64,000 nucleotides of DNA from a virus: IMG/VR virus record IMGVR_UViG_3300036770_005214, positions 32,001 to 96,000 of that record. One strand, written 5' to 3'. Below the pieces are notes generated by a model. It saw only the letters and a list, made by a program, of their open reading frames with translations, was not told the DNA's origin and searched no databases. Position numbers and translations under genes: made by a program. Of this stretch, positions 9,738 through 17,809 are shown piece by piece (the stretch's first letter is position 1; every line of letters begins with the position of its first letter).

Positions 9738-10502
9738 ATGATCCACAACTTCGCAGAACTCGCAAAGGCCAACTCCAGCCGCGACACCTCCTACTCGCCT
9801 CCGCAGAAGGGCTACTACATGGCCCGCATCGTGAAGCAGGGTGAGGACGTCACGGAGCCGGACGGAACCATCTCGCGGTTCAAGGCCTTCTTCGAGATCG
9901 ATGCGGCTCACCGCTACGCCGGTGACCCCTCTGCCTCCATCACCAAGTCGGTGCCTTACCACGTCGAGGAAGGGCGCTCCTCCATCCTCAAGAAGATGTT
10001 TCAGATCAAGCACCGCATCTCCGAAGAGGAGTTGAACGCCCGCCTCGCGGCTGGTCAGTTTAGCAGCGTCGACCCCTGCCTCTACTTCGTCGGCGACGTG
10101 TTCCCGATCTACTGGGGCCCCGGTGAGGGCGGCACCTCGGTCGGGGCGGACGGCAAGGAGCGGAAGTGGGACGACTTCCGCATCATCGACGTCAACTCGT
10201 GGATGGCGCAGCGTGACGAGTTTCTGAAGCAGAACCCGAAGCTCCGCGAGAAGCTGCCGAACGGCGGCGTCCTCCAGGGGATGCCGATGCCGGCCGCTCC
10301 CGTCCAGCAGCAGGCGGCCCCGGCCCAGCAGGGCGGGTTCCAGCAGCAGGGTGGGTTCCAGGCCCAGGGCGGCTTCCCGACCCAGCAGGGCGGTTTCCCC
10401 CAGCAGGGTGGGTTCCCGGCCCAGCAGCAGGGCGGTTTCCCCCAGGGTGGTTTCCCGCAGCAGGGCGGATTCCCCCAGGGCGGCGGCTTCCCCCAGGGCT
10501 GA
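9738..10502 (+). CDS. Putative ssDNA-binding protein with Gln/Gly/Phe low-complexity tail
   Basis: Follows the Sak4-like gene; beta-rich N-terminal domain (GYYMARIVK); long QQGGF-repeat tail. Confidence 0.55.
   Translation: MIHNFAELAKANSSRDTSYSPPQKGYYMARIVKQGEDVTEPDGTISRFKAFFEIDAAHRYAGDPSASITKSVPYHVEEGRSSILKKMFQIKHRISEEELNARLAAGQFSSVDPCLYFVGDVFPIYWGPGEGGTSVGADGKERKWDDFRIIDVNSWMAQRDEFLKQNPKLREKLPNGGVLQGMPMPAAPVQQQAAPAQQGGFQQQGGFQAQGGFPTQQGGFPQQGGFPAQQQGGFPQGGFPQQGGFPQGGGFPQG
10326..10499 (+). repeat. Coding tandem repeat (Q)QGGF(P), about 10 copies
   Basis: Repeated cagcagggcggyttcccc-like units. Confidence 0.9.
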
Positions 10503-10509
10503 TGTGACC

Positions 10510-10538
10510 GACGCCCCCGGCGCGTAGTCGGGGGCGTC
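10510..10538 (+). terminator. GC-rich hairpin after the SSB-like gene
   Basis: gacgcccccg / cgggggcgtc 10-bp stem; weak U-tract. Confidence 0.55.
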
Positions 10539-10628
10539 CTCTCGCACCTTTCCGGTGCGGGCTCTACTCTGGCGGGCGCGGTAGCCGAACTGGTTGCAGG
10601 GCCCGCACTTTGCGTTTCGGAGGGCGGC

Positions 10629-13532
10629 TTGGGCTACGCGGATGACTACCCAGACGACAACGAGGTCGTTCTGGAGCGGCCGACGCAAGGACAAGCCTTT
10701 GACCCCCGGACGCTCGGATGCCGATGCGACGCTTGCCCCCTCGGGCAGCGGCTTCGGCGTGACTTCACCTGGGTTCCGGTCCCCCCGGAGCGGCGCACGC
10801 GGACGGGGCGCCTCGGGCGGATGACGGCCGTCTCCACCTTCCCCGGCGGCGGCGAGACGATGCTACTGCGCCCGTTGATTGGGCCCGCCGGCCAGCGGTG
10901 GATGCAGGCGATGGGGGCCCAGCGGGTGCCCCGCGAGGAGGTCACGATCACGAACCTCCTCCTCTGCCGGCCGCCCGGCGACGACCTGCGGGCCTTCACG
11001 GCGCAGACCCGGCGGGACTGGAAGCGGGACGTCAAGCGGTGGAAGCGGGCCGGCAGCATAGGCGACGCGCCCCCCGAACCCCTCGACCCCATCGAAGCCT
11101 GCGCCCCGCACCTGTGGGGCATCCTGTGGACGGACACCGACCACCTGCTCCCGATGGGGAGCGAGGCGGCGAACGTCATGCTCAATGCGAACAAGTCGAT
11201 CGACAAGCTACGCGGCGGATTCTATGAGGTCATCCTCGTCCGCGATCCGTCGGGCAAAGTGGCGAGCTTCCGGCGGGGGGAGGCGACCGAACATCTGCTC
11301 ACGAGCGGCTATGAGGCGCGGGTGGTCAAGGTGGCGCCCACCATCTCTCCCGCCCAGCCGATCCACGACCCGACCTACAACCGGGTGCTGTGGCGGGACA
11401 TTGACCGGGCGGCGCGGTGGTGGACCGATTCGCTCCGCTGGCCGATCGAGAACCGCCTGCTCTCCACCTACCCGCCGGCGGCCCTCGTGGCGGACTTTCT
11501 CTCCCGCCCCGGCCCCTTCGCCTTCGACATCGAGACGACCAAGCATGGGCCCCTGCACTCGACGCTCCGGTGCATCGGGATCTACGATATGGCGAACAGC
11601 GAAGGGCTTGTCATCCCCTGGGAGTCGCTGGATGGCAAGGTCGGGCTCTACACGGGCGAGCGCCGCTACGGCTGGCGCCTCATGGAGCACGGCGACGGCG
11701 AGTACATGGAGGGGCACTACAGCCCCGCGGACGCCGCCACCATCATTCACAGCCTGCGGAACTGGCTGACCGGTCGGATGTGGGGGCGGCCGGTGGAACT
11801 GGTCGGCCACAACGCCATCCTCTTCGACCTCTCCATCTTGGAGCGGGTGCTCGGGTTGCTCCGCGAGCCGTCCTACCTCGCGCACCCTGACCCCATCTTC
11901 GTCTACGACGGCATCTTCCTGGCCCGGTGCGAGGACTCGGAACTCGACCGCTCGCTGTACCTGCGGGGCACGCTGGAGGTCGACGTGCCGGACTGGAAGG
12001 GGGGCGGCGAAGAAGACGAGGACATTCGCGTCTCGCCCCGCACCTACGAGCAACTGGCGACCTACAACCATACGGACAACCTTGTCACCGCCGAGACCGC
12101 GAAACGGCTGTGGCCTCGCGTGGTGAACCGGCGTCAGGCGGAGGTCTTCGACTTCGACCGGCGGGCGGCCCGCGTGGCCCGCGAGATGACGCATCTGGGG
12201 CTTCGGGTCAACCAGAGCGTGCGGGAGCGGTTGGAGCGGGAGTACGTCGAGAAGATCAAGGCGAGCCGGGAGAAGATTGCAAAGCTCGTTGGGCGGGCGG
12301 ACTTCAACCCCGCGTCGACCTTGCAACTCGGCGAACTCCTCTATGAGGAGATGGGTCTACCCATCGTGCGCTACACCGATACGCACGCCCCGAGCACCGA
12401 CGACGACACGCTACGCGACCTGATGCAGCACACGTCCGGCGACCAGCGCGAGCTACTGGCGGCCATCCGACACGACCGCCAACTGAACAAGATGCTGGGC
12501 ACGAGCATCCTGCCCCTGCGCCCCTGGAATGACCTGCGCGAGGGGAGCAGCGGCAAAGCGGTCGGGGGGCTCGTTGGCCCTGATGGCCGCGTCCACCCCC
12601 AGTACCCCATCTTCGTTCCGGCGACGGGCCGCTTCTCCAGTAAGAACCCGAACTCGCAGAACTACCCCGCATCGCTCCGCGTCATGTTCGAGCCGGAAGA
12701 CGGGCACGTCTACCTGATGGCGGACTTCGACCAGATCGAACTGCGCCTGTTCGCAGCCCTGGCCGGGGTCCGCGGCTACCTCGACGTGTTCGACCAGGGC
12801 GGCGACCCGCACGCCATCACGGCGATCCTCATCTACCAGGAAGCGTTCCGAAAGGAACTCATCGCCGGTATGTCGCCCGAGCAGCGGGAGCGGTACGAGC
12901 GCACCAAGGTCCCCGACAAGGTGAAGGGGAGCAAGAAGTACAACCTCCTGCGGACCTTCGCCAAGACGTTCGTCTACTGCGTCATCTATGGCGGGACCGA
13001 CGACACGGTGTACCTCTCGGTCTCGTCGGCGACCGACCCCGAGACGGGGGCGCTGTTGTTCCCCGATATGACCCGCCGCGAGGTGACGGCCGCTTACAAC
13101 GCGTTCCTGCGCAACGCCCCGGAGATCACTGGTTACTGGCGCAAGCTAGAGCAGTTTGGGCAGGAAAACCGCTTCATCTCCGAGCCCGTCATGGGTCGGC
13201 GGCGGGACTTCCCCGAGTACGACCGCAACGGCATCTTGAACCATCCGATCCAGGGCGCCGCCGCCGTCATCGCGACCCGCGGCCTCTTGTCGCTGCGCGA
13301 ATACTTCATCCCCGACTTCGACCGGCGCACGGGCATCGTGAACCAGATGCACGACGCGTACACCATCGAGGTCCCGGAGAGCATCGCCCTGGAAGCGAAG
13401 GCGGCGATGGAAGAGCGGGTCAATATGCGCTTCGAGCAGGTTCCGGGGATGCTGTTCTCGGCGGAAGCGGATGTGTGCGTGAACTGGAGAGCGAAGGAGA
13501 AATCGGACTTCTGGAAGCCTCCGGTGGGGTGA
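10629..13532 (+). CDS. polA: Family A DNA polymerase with N-terminal UDG-family-4-like domain and 3'-5' exonuclease
   Basis: UDG-like CRCDACPL, PLIGPAG, TNLLLCRPP, IEACAPHL; exonuclease FDIET, GHN..FD, YNHTD; polymerase TGRFSSKNPNSQN, ADFDQIELR, RTFAKTFVYCVIYG, NHPIQG, QMHD. Confidence 0.93.
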   Translation: MGYADDYPDDNEVVLERPTQGQAFDPRTLGCRCDACPLGQRLRRDFTWVPVPPERRTRTGRLGRMTAVSTFPGGGETMLLRPLIGPAGQRWMQAMGAQRVPREEVTITNLLLCRPPGDDLRAFTAQTRRDWKRDVKRWKRAGSIGDAPPEPLDPIEACAPHLWGILWTDTDHLLPMGSEAANVMLNANKSIDKLRGGFYEVILVRDPSGKVASFRRGEATEHLLTSGYEARVVKVAPTISPAQPIHDPTYNRVLWRDIDRAARWWTDSLRWPIENRLLSTYPPAALVADFLSRPGPFAFDIETTKHGPLHSTLRCIGIYDMANSEGLVIPWESLDGKVGLYTGERRYGWRLMEHGDGEYMEGHYSPADAATIIHSLRNWLTGRMWGRPVELVGHNAILFDLSILERVLGLLREPSYLAHPDPIFVYDGIFLARCEDSELDRSLYLRGTLEVDVPDWKGGGEEDEDIRVSPRTYEQLATYNHTDNLVTAETAKRLWPRVVNRRQAEVFDFDRRAARVAREMTHLGLRVNQSVRERLEREYVEKIKASREKIAKLVGRADFNPASTLQLGELLYEEMGLPIVRYTDTHAPSTDDDTLRDLMQHTSGDQRELLAAIRHDRQLNKMLGTSILPLRPWNDLREGSSGKAVGGLVGPDGRVHPQYPIFVPATGRFSSKNPNSQNYPASLRVMFEPEDGHVYLMADFDQIELRLFAALAGVRGYLDVFDQGGDPHAITAILIYQEAFRKELIAGMSPEQRERYERTKVPDKVKGSKKYNLLRTFAKTFVYCVIYGGTDDTVYLSVSSATDPETGALLFPDMTRREVTAAYNAFLRNAPEITGYWRKLEQFGQENRFISEPVMGRRRDFPEYDRNGILNHPIQGAAAVIATRGLLSLREYFIPDFDRRTGIVNQMHDAYTIEVPESIALEAKAAMEERVNMRFEQVPGMLFSAEADVCVNWRAKEKSDFWKPPVG

Positions 13533-13533
13533 G

Positions 13534-13562
13534 TGGCGGCCGGTAGCCCATCGGGTTACACT
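13534..13562 (+). promoter_or_regulatory. Class A promoter (TGGCGG-N17-TACACT)
   Basis: tagcccatcgggttacact upstream of GGAGG RBS. Confidence 0.5.
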
Positions 13563-13584
13563 CGCGACAAGTGGAGGAACGATC

Positions 13585-13920
13585 ATGGAAGCCACGACCC
13601 GCACCCCGGAGGCCTCTCCGCCTGTCGGCGTTCGTATGTCAGCCCGTGACCGGTCGACAATCTTGGAAGCGGCAAAGCACTCCTTCCAGCCCGTGTCGGA
13701 TTGGGCGGTGGATGCGATCGACTATGTGCTGCGCAACGGCTTCCCGAGCATCGCCGAGCGCCCAGACGAGAAGAACCTGACGGACCGGGTGGCGGTGCGC
13801 CTGCCCGACGAGTTGGAGACGCGTATCGAGTCTGCTCGCGGGCCGGCGACTGCACGGTCTTGGATCCGCATGGCGCTTGTGCTCCGGGCCCACCAAATCC
13901 TGCAAGCCCGCGTCGCCTGA
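13585..13920 (+). CDS. Small protein with two ribbon-helix-helix-like units
   Basis: VGVRMSARDRSTILEAA and VAVRLPDELETRIESAR...SWIRMAL; GGAGG RBS. Confidence 0.55.
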   Translation: MEATTRTPEASPPVGVRMSARDRSTILEAAKHSFQPVSDWAVDAIDYVLRNGFPSIAERPDEKNLTDRVAVRLPDELETRIESARGPATARSWIRMALVLRAHQILQARVA

Positions 13921-13978
13921 TAGACAGGGGTCCCCACCCCTGATACCCCTTCCGGGAGACTTACGGGAAGGTGCCTCC

Positions 13979-16549
13979 ATGGCCCGACAAGGGACGCTCA
14001 CTCCGGCGGAGATCGCGCCTGCGATCCGCTACATGAAAGACCTCGGCGTGTCGGAGGTGGCGCGGAGTCGGCGGGGGTTCCTGCACCGCTTCATGGCGAT
14101 GGATGGAGACTGGGAGTCGCTTGGCACCGACCGGCACTCGGGCCAGGACTGGCAGGACCGGCAGCGGAACTTTGTGGCGCGTCACTGGACGCAGATCCGC
14201 GAACGCAAAGAGCCCCTGTGGACGACGCACAAGGGCGAGCGCATCCCGACGCGCCATCATCTCGCCTTGATCGCCTGGGCCTGGACGCCGGACATTGAGG
14301 CGTACCGCAAGTGGCTGAAGGGCTTGGAGGCGCAACCGAGCAAGGCGGAGCGCCTGATGGCTCCCGGCTACCGCTCGTGGGCCTGGACGCAACAAGACTG
14401 GCGCTCGGTCGTGAAGGGTCCGGGGGGCCGGCTCGACTGGTCGCGGCAGTGTGGCGCAGAGGGGACGCGGGACGCCTCGGGCAAGCCCGCCCTGTGCCTG
14501 CCGGTCGCGGTCATCGAAGAGTTGGTGAGCGAGGGCGAGTCGGGCCGGCGCATCCTCCGCCAGCAGGTCGAGAAGAAGGCCGCCGCCAAGAAGGGGCAAC
14601 GCGTCCCCTGGCATCCCCGCATCGCCGAACTGTGGAACCGCGTCGAGGCCGACACGGAGCCCGACCGGCTGGCCGCCAAGAAGCAGCCCGGCCTCCGGGT
14701 GCAGTCGCTCCTCTTCGACCGCGACGTGTTCACCAAGACGGACGCTCGCAAGTGGGTCAAGAGCCACGGGTTTGTGGACCTCGGCGTGGACGAGAAGCCG
14801 AACACATGGCGCTTTCGCCAGCATGAGCCCACCGAACACGAACGAGACAGCTTCCGCACCATCTACTTCCGCCCTGGAGTGCAAGCCGTGGTCGCTCGAC
14901 CTGATGTGGAACGGATGCAGACCTACCGCGACGTGGAAGGGATGACGGAGGAGTCGTCCCCGTACTGGGAGATGGGCTACGCGGCCCAGATGCCGACGGC
15001 AGAGCAGTCCGACTACATGGAAGCGCACCCAGCACTGTGGGATGCCTACATGGAGGGGCTGTCTGCCGGTCCGCAGATCTCGGTCATGCCCGAGCGCCCC
15101 ATCGGCTCCTACCCAGACGAGGACCGCATCATCACCGTGTTCGTCGAGCAGGATGCCGACGGCCGGTGGAGCGTCGTCGAGCAAGGCAACAAGGGCACCT
15201 CGCGCCTTCCGGTCCCGGTGCTGTGGGGCTACCAGAGCGAAGAAGAAGCCACCCGCGGGGGCCGTGACCACCTCGCCCAGATGGGCCAGCCCACCGAAGA
15301 GCGGTGCATGTGCGGGCGGACGCTCCACACCCCCCTGGCGCCTGTCGAGCGGCTAGACCGGGTGCGGCGCTCGCAGGTCGCCAAGCGGCGCGAGCAAGCC
15401 CAGGTGTTCTTCCTGATGGAGCCCAGCGCCCACACCCAATGGCTCGCGGGGCGTTCGGGCCTCTCGCCCGATGCGGTGCGGGAGTACGACGCCGCCCTCG
15501 TCCGCAGCGCCAAGACGGCGCAGACCTACACGGTCGGGATGCTCCAGGCCATGTTCACCGGCGGGGCGCTCCGCGTGACCCGGAGCGGGACCTCCCTCGT
15601 GCTGGACGGCAAGGTGCTGATGGCGCACGAGCAGGCTCGCGACGCGTTGGTGAGCCCCTTCGGTGCGCGGCCCAGCATCTTCACGCAGACCACCAAGATG
15701 AGTTGCCCTTCCTTCTCGCTCCCCGCAGGGCCCCCCAGCATCGGCGGCACCTGTGCGCTCGCGAACCACGCCCCCAACGGTCCGGGCGCTGAGGAGCTAC
15801 GAATCTGCTCCAACTGCTACGCGCTCAAGGGGAACTACATGCAGGCCGAAGTGATGGTCGGCCAACTGTTCCGCTTGGCGTGGGTCCACCGGCTCGTCAA
15901 GGGCGATCCCTCGGGGGCGATGTTCGCTCGCGAGATGACCACCGCCATGAACCTGCTCGCGGACCAGGGACCGTCCGAATCGAGCCTGCGGGCCCGTCCC
16001 AATCTGGAGTACGGCGTCATCCGTGCGGGCAAGCTCACCTACAACGCCGGGCGCAGTGCTCGCGTGCTGCCGGCCCATCCGCTCCTCTCCGGTGCGTCGA
16101 GCCAGGAAGGCTTCGACGAGCTTCCCGATGGGACCGTGGCGGGCTACTTCCGCGGGCACGACTCCGGGGACTTCTCGGTGCTCACGGGCGATGACTCGCT
16201 CGGCTACGTCCGAGGCTGGCAGCAGGTCATCGCGGCCTTCCCGCATGTCCACTTCTGGTTTCCAACGCGGCTGTGGAGGATGAAGGGGGGAGCGACGCGG
16301 AACGCGCTCGACAACTTGGCGACCGAGCCGAACCTCGCCCTTCGCCCGAGCGCCCTGTACGTCAACGACCCGCCGCCCATACAGAACGGGTGGGCGGTTG
16401 GCACCACGGCGAACACGCCGAACGCGGACGTCCCCGAGGAGGTTTGGCGTTGCCCGGTGCAAGACGAGGACAAGTCGTCGTGCGCCTCGACTCGGTGTAG
16501 GACGTGCTGGCTGCGCAAGTCGGTCGGCGTGACCTACGGAAAGCACTAG
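13979..16549 (+). CDS. Multidomain protein with C-terminal GP88-like Cys-rich domain
   Basis: TKMSCPSFSLPAG..C..CSNCYALKGNY, YFRGHDSGDF, HFWFPTR, CP..C..CRTCW..YGKH; start moved to ATG 13979. Confidence 0.75.
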   Translation: MARQGTLTPAEIAPAIRYMKDLGVSEVARSRRGFLHRFMAMDGDWESLGTDRHSGQDWQDRQRNFVARHWTQIRERKEPLWTTHKGERIPTRHHLALIAWAWTPDIEAYRKWLKGLEAQPSKAERLMAPGYRSWAWTQQDWRSVVKGPGGRLDWSRQCGAEGTRDASGKPALCLPVAVIEELVSEGESGRRILRQQVEKKAAAKKGQRVPWHPRIAELWNRVEADTEPDRLAAKKQPGLRVQSLLFDRDVFTKTDARKWVKSHGFVDLGVDEKPNTWRFRQHEPTEHERDSFRTIYFRPGVQAVVARPDVERMQTYRDVEGMTEESSPYWEMGYAAQMPTAEQSDYMEAHPALWDAYMEGLSAGPQISVMPERPIGSYPDEDRIITVFVEQDADGRWSVVEQGNKGTSRLPVPVLWGYQSEEEATRGGRDHLAQMGQPTEERCMCGRTLHTPLAPVERLDRVRRSQVAKRREQAQVFFLMEPSAHTQWLAGRSGLSPDAVREYDAALVRSAKTAQTYTVGMLQAMFTGGALRVTRSGTSLVLDGKVLMAHEQARDALVSPFGARPSIFTQTTKMSCPSFSLPAGPPSIGGTCALANHAPNGPGAEELRICSNCYALKGNYMQAEVMVGQLFRLAWVHRLVKGDPSGAMFAREMTTAMNLLADQGPSESSLRARPNLEYGVIRAGKLTYNAGRSARVLPAHPLLSGASSQEGFDELPDGTVAGYFRGHDSGDFSVLTGDDSLGYVRGWQQVIAAFPHVHFWFPTRLWRMKGGATRNALDNLATEPNLALRPSALYVNDPPPIQNGWAVGTTANTPNADVPEEVWRCPVQDEDKSSCASTRCRTCWLRKSVGVTYGKH

Positions 16550-16565
16550 CAGCAGGAAGGATGGC

Positions 16566-17012
16566 ATGACGACGAAAGAGATTGAGTACGAGAAGACCGA
16601 AGACGGGTTCGACGTGTTGGACCGGGCTGAAGTCTACGCGAGCCGCCCGTATGCGGGGGACAGCTACACCCAGTTCCGGGTGCCGCTGACTCACCAGCCG
16701 GTGCGCGTCGAGGTCAAGTATGAGGGCGAGACGGGCGTTGGCATCCGTAGCGCCTGGAGCATCGGCAACGACCGCAACGTCCTGATGAACGGGCGCCCGG
16801 TCGTCGTGCCCGACGACGCGACCAAGCGCGACTACCCGCTGCTCACGCCCACCCATTCCTGGTGGTGCAAGGATGCGGGAGCGGTCAACGTGCGCTATCT
16901 CGGCGTCGAGACCGACCTGCCCCCCGGCTTGCTCCCCGCGCCCGTCGGAAAGGGCTACATCGACCAGTATTGCAAGATGACCGTCCTGCTGGTTGGTCAG
17001 CGGCGCAGTTGA
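16566..17012 (+). CDS. Hypothetical protein
   Basis: RBS, coding-like composition, in operon. Confidence 0.7.
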   Translation: MTTKEIEYEKTEDGFDVLDRAEVYASRPYAGDSYTQFRVPLTHQPVRVEVKYEGETGVGIRSAWSIGNDRNVLMNGRPVVVPDDATKRDYPLLTPTHSWWCKDAGAVNVRYLGVETDLPPGLLPAPVGKGYIDQYCKMTVLLVGQRRS

Positions 17013-17037
17013 CCGCGTGAACCCTCGGGGCTACCAT
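17009..17037 (+). promoter_or_regulatory. Class A promoter (TTGACC-N17-TACCAT)
   Basis: ttgaccgcgtgaaccctcggggctaccat. Confidence 0.65.
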
Positions 17038-17057
17038 GCGTGCCCTGGGGGTTTGGG

Positions 17058-17156
17058 ATGAGGAGCGGGGAGTTCTGGATTATGGCGATCGCCTCGATGC
17101 TCGGGGCGGGCCTCGGCGTGTACGTCTCGACGGCGCTGACGCAGGTGGCCCGATGA
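17058..17156 (+). CDS. 32-aa single-TM peptide (below the ORF-track cutoff)
   Basis: MRSGEFWIMAIASMLGAGLGVYVSTALTQVAR; ATGA-coupled to the next ORF; directly after a promoter. Confidence 0.55.
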   Translation: MRSGEFWIMAIASMLGAGLGVYVSTALTQVAR

Positions 17157-17344
17157 CGTGGGACACCGTTCACGACATTCTGGTCGAGGCCGAGTTGCGG
17201 CGTCAGGCACAAGAGGCGCGGGCTCGGGGCGACGTCTGCCCGGTGTGTCGCGGTGCGAGTCGCGCCGGCTTGCTTTGCGGTGAATGTGCAGCCGCGAAGC
17301 GCGCTCCGTACCGGCCGGTCGACTACGACGAGGATCGGGTGTAG
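17153..17344 (+). CDS. Small zinc-finger protein
   Basis: CPVC...CGEC; ATGA overlap. Confidence 0.55.
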   Translation: MTWDTVHDILVEAELRRQAQEARARGDVCPVCRGASRAGLLCGECAAAKRAPYRPVDYDEDRV

Positions 17345-17352
17345 CCACGCCC

Positions 17353-17381
17353 TTGCGCTCCGGTGCCCTCCGGGCTACGAC
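17353..17381 (+). promoter_or_regulatory. Class A promoter (TTGCGC-N17-TACGAC)
   Basis: ttgcgctccggtgccctccgggctacgac. Confidence 0.6.
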
Positions 17382-17401
17382 GGACGAGGAAGGATGGAAC
17401 C

Positions 17402-17809
17402 ATGAACGAAGCACCGGAGCCGGCCGGATCGGTCGTGCTCGACCTGCACATACCACCGAGTACGCGGGATGACATTCGCGAGCGGCTGACCGAGATTGTT
17501 GGTCCGCTCACGTTTCCCTCCTTGTCGGTCCGCGAGCGCATCCGGGAGGTCCTGCACGCCGAGCGGGTCATCGTCCCCGTGTTCGCGCAGAGCCAGCACA
17601 CCATCGGGTTCTCGATCCCGTCCTACGACTACCACGCCCTCACGGCGCGGCTGATCTCGGACTACCGGCGTGACCCGCTGGGGGGATCGAACCCGCAGGT
17701 AGTGTCGGTAGATGGTCAGGGGTCTTGGACCATCTACCAGACCTTCCAATCGGCTCCCGATGAGGAGGGCCGGCAAATGTACTCCCTTTACGCTGAACGA
17801 GGTGCCTGA
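17402..17809 (+). CDS. Hypothetical protein
   Basis: ATG 17402 with RBS; TGATG-coupled to the Rad50-like gene. Confidence 0.65.
   Translation: MNEAPEPAGSVVLDLHIPPSTRDDIRERLTEIVGPLTFPSLSVRERIREVLHAERVIVPVFAQSQHTIGFSIPSYDYHALTARLISDYRRDPLGGSNPQVVSVDGQGSWTIYQTFQSAPDEEGRQMYSLYAERGA

Noticed and set aside
10610-10640. Possible class A promoter before polA (TTGCGT...GGGCTAC)
   Set aside because: 19-bp spacing, lacks the CCC half-site and overlaps the ORF start
10629-13532. Intein in the long polymerase (also considered for the helicases)
   Set aside because: No HINT or LAGLIDADG motifs or His-Asn-Cys/Ser/Thr junctions seen; extra length is explained by fused domains
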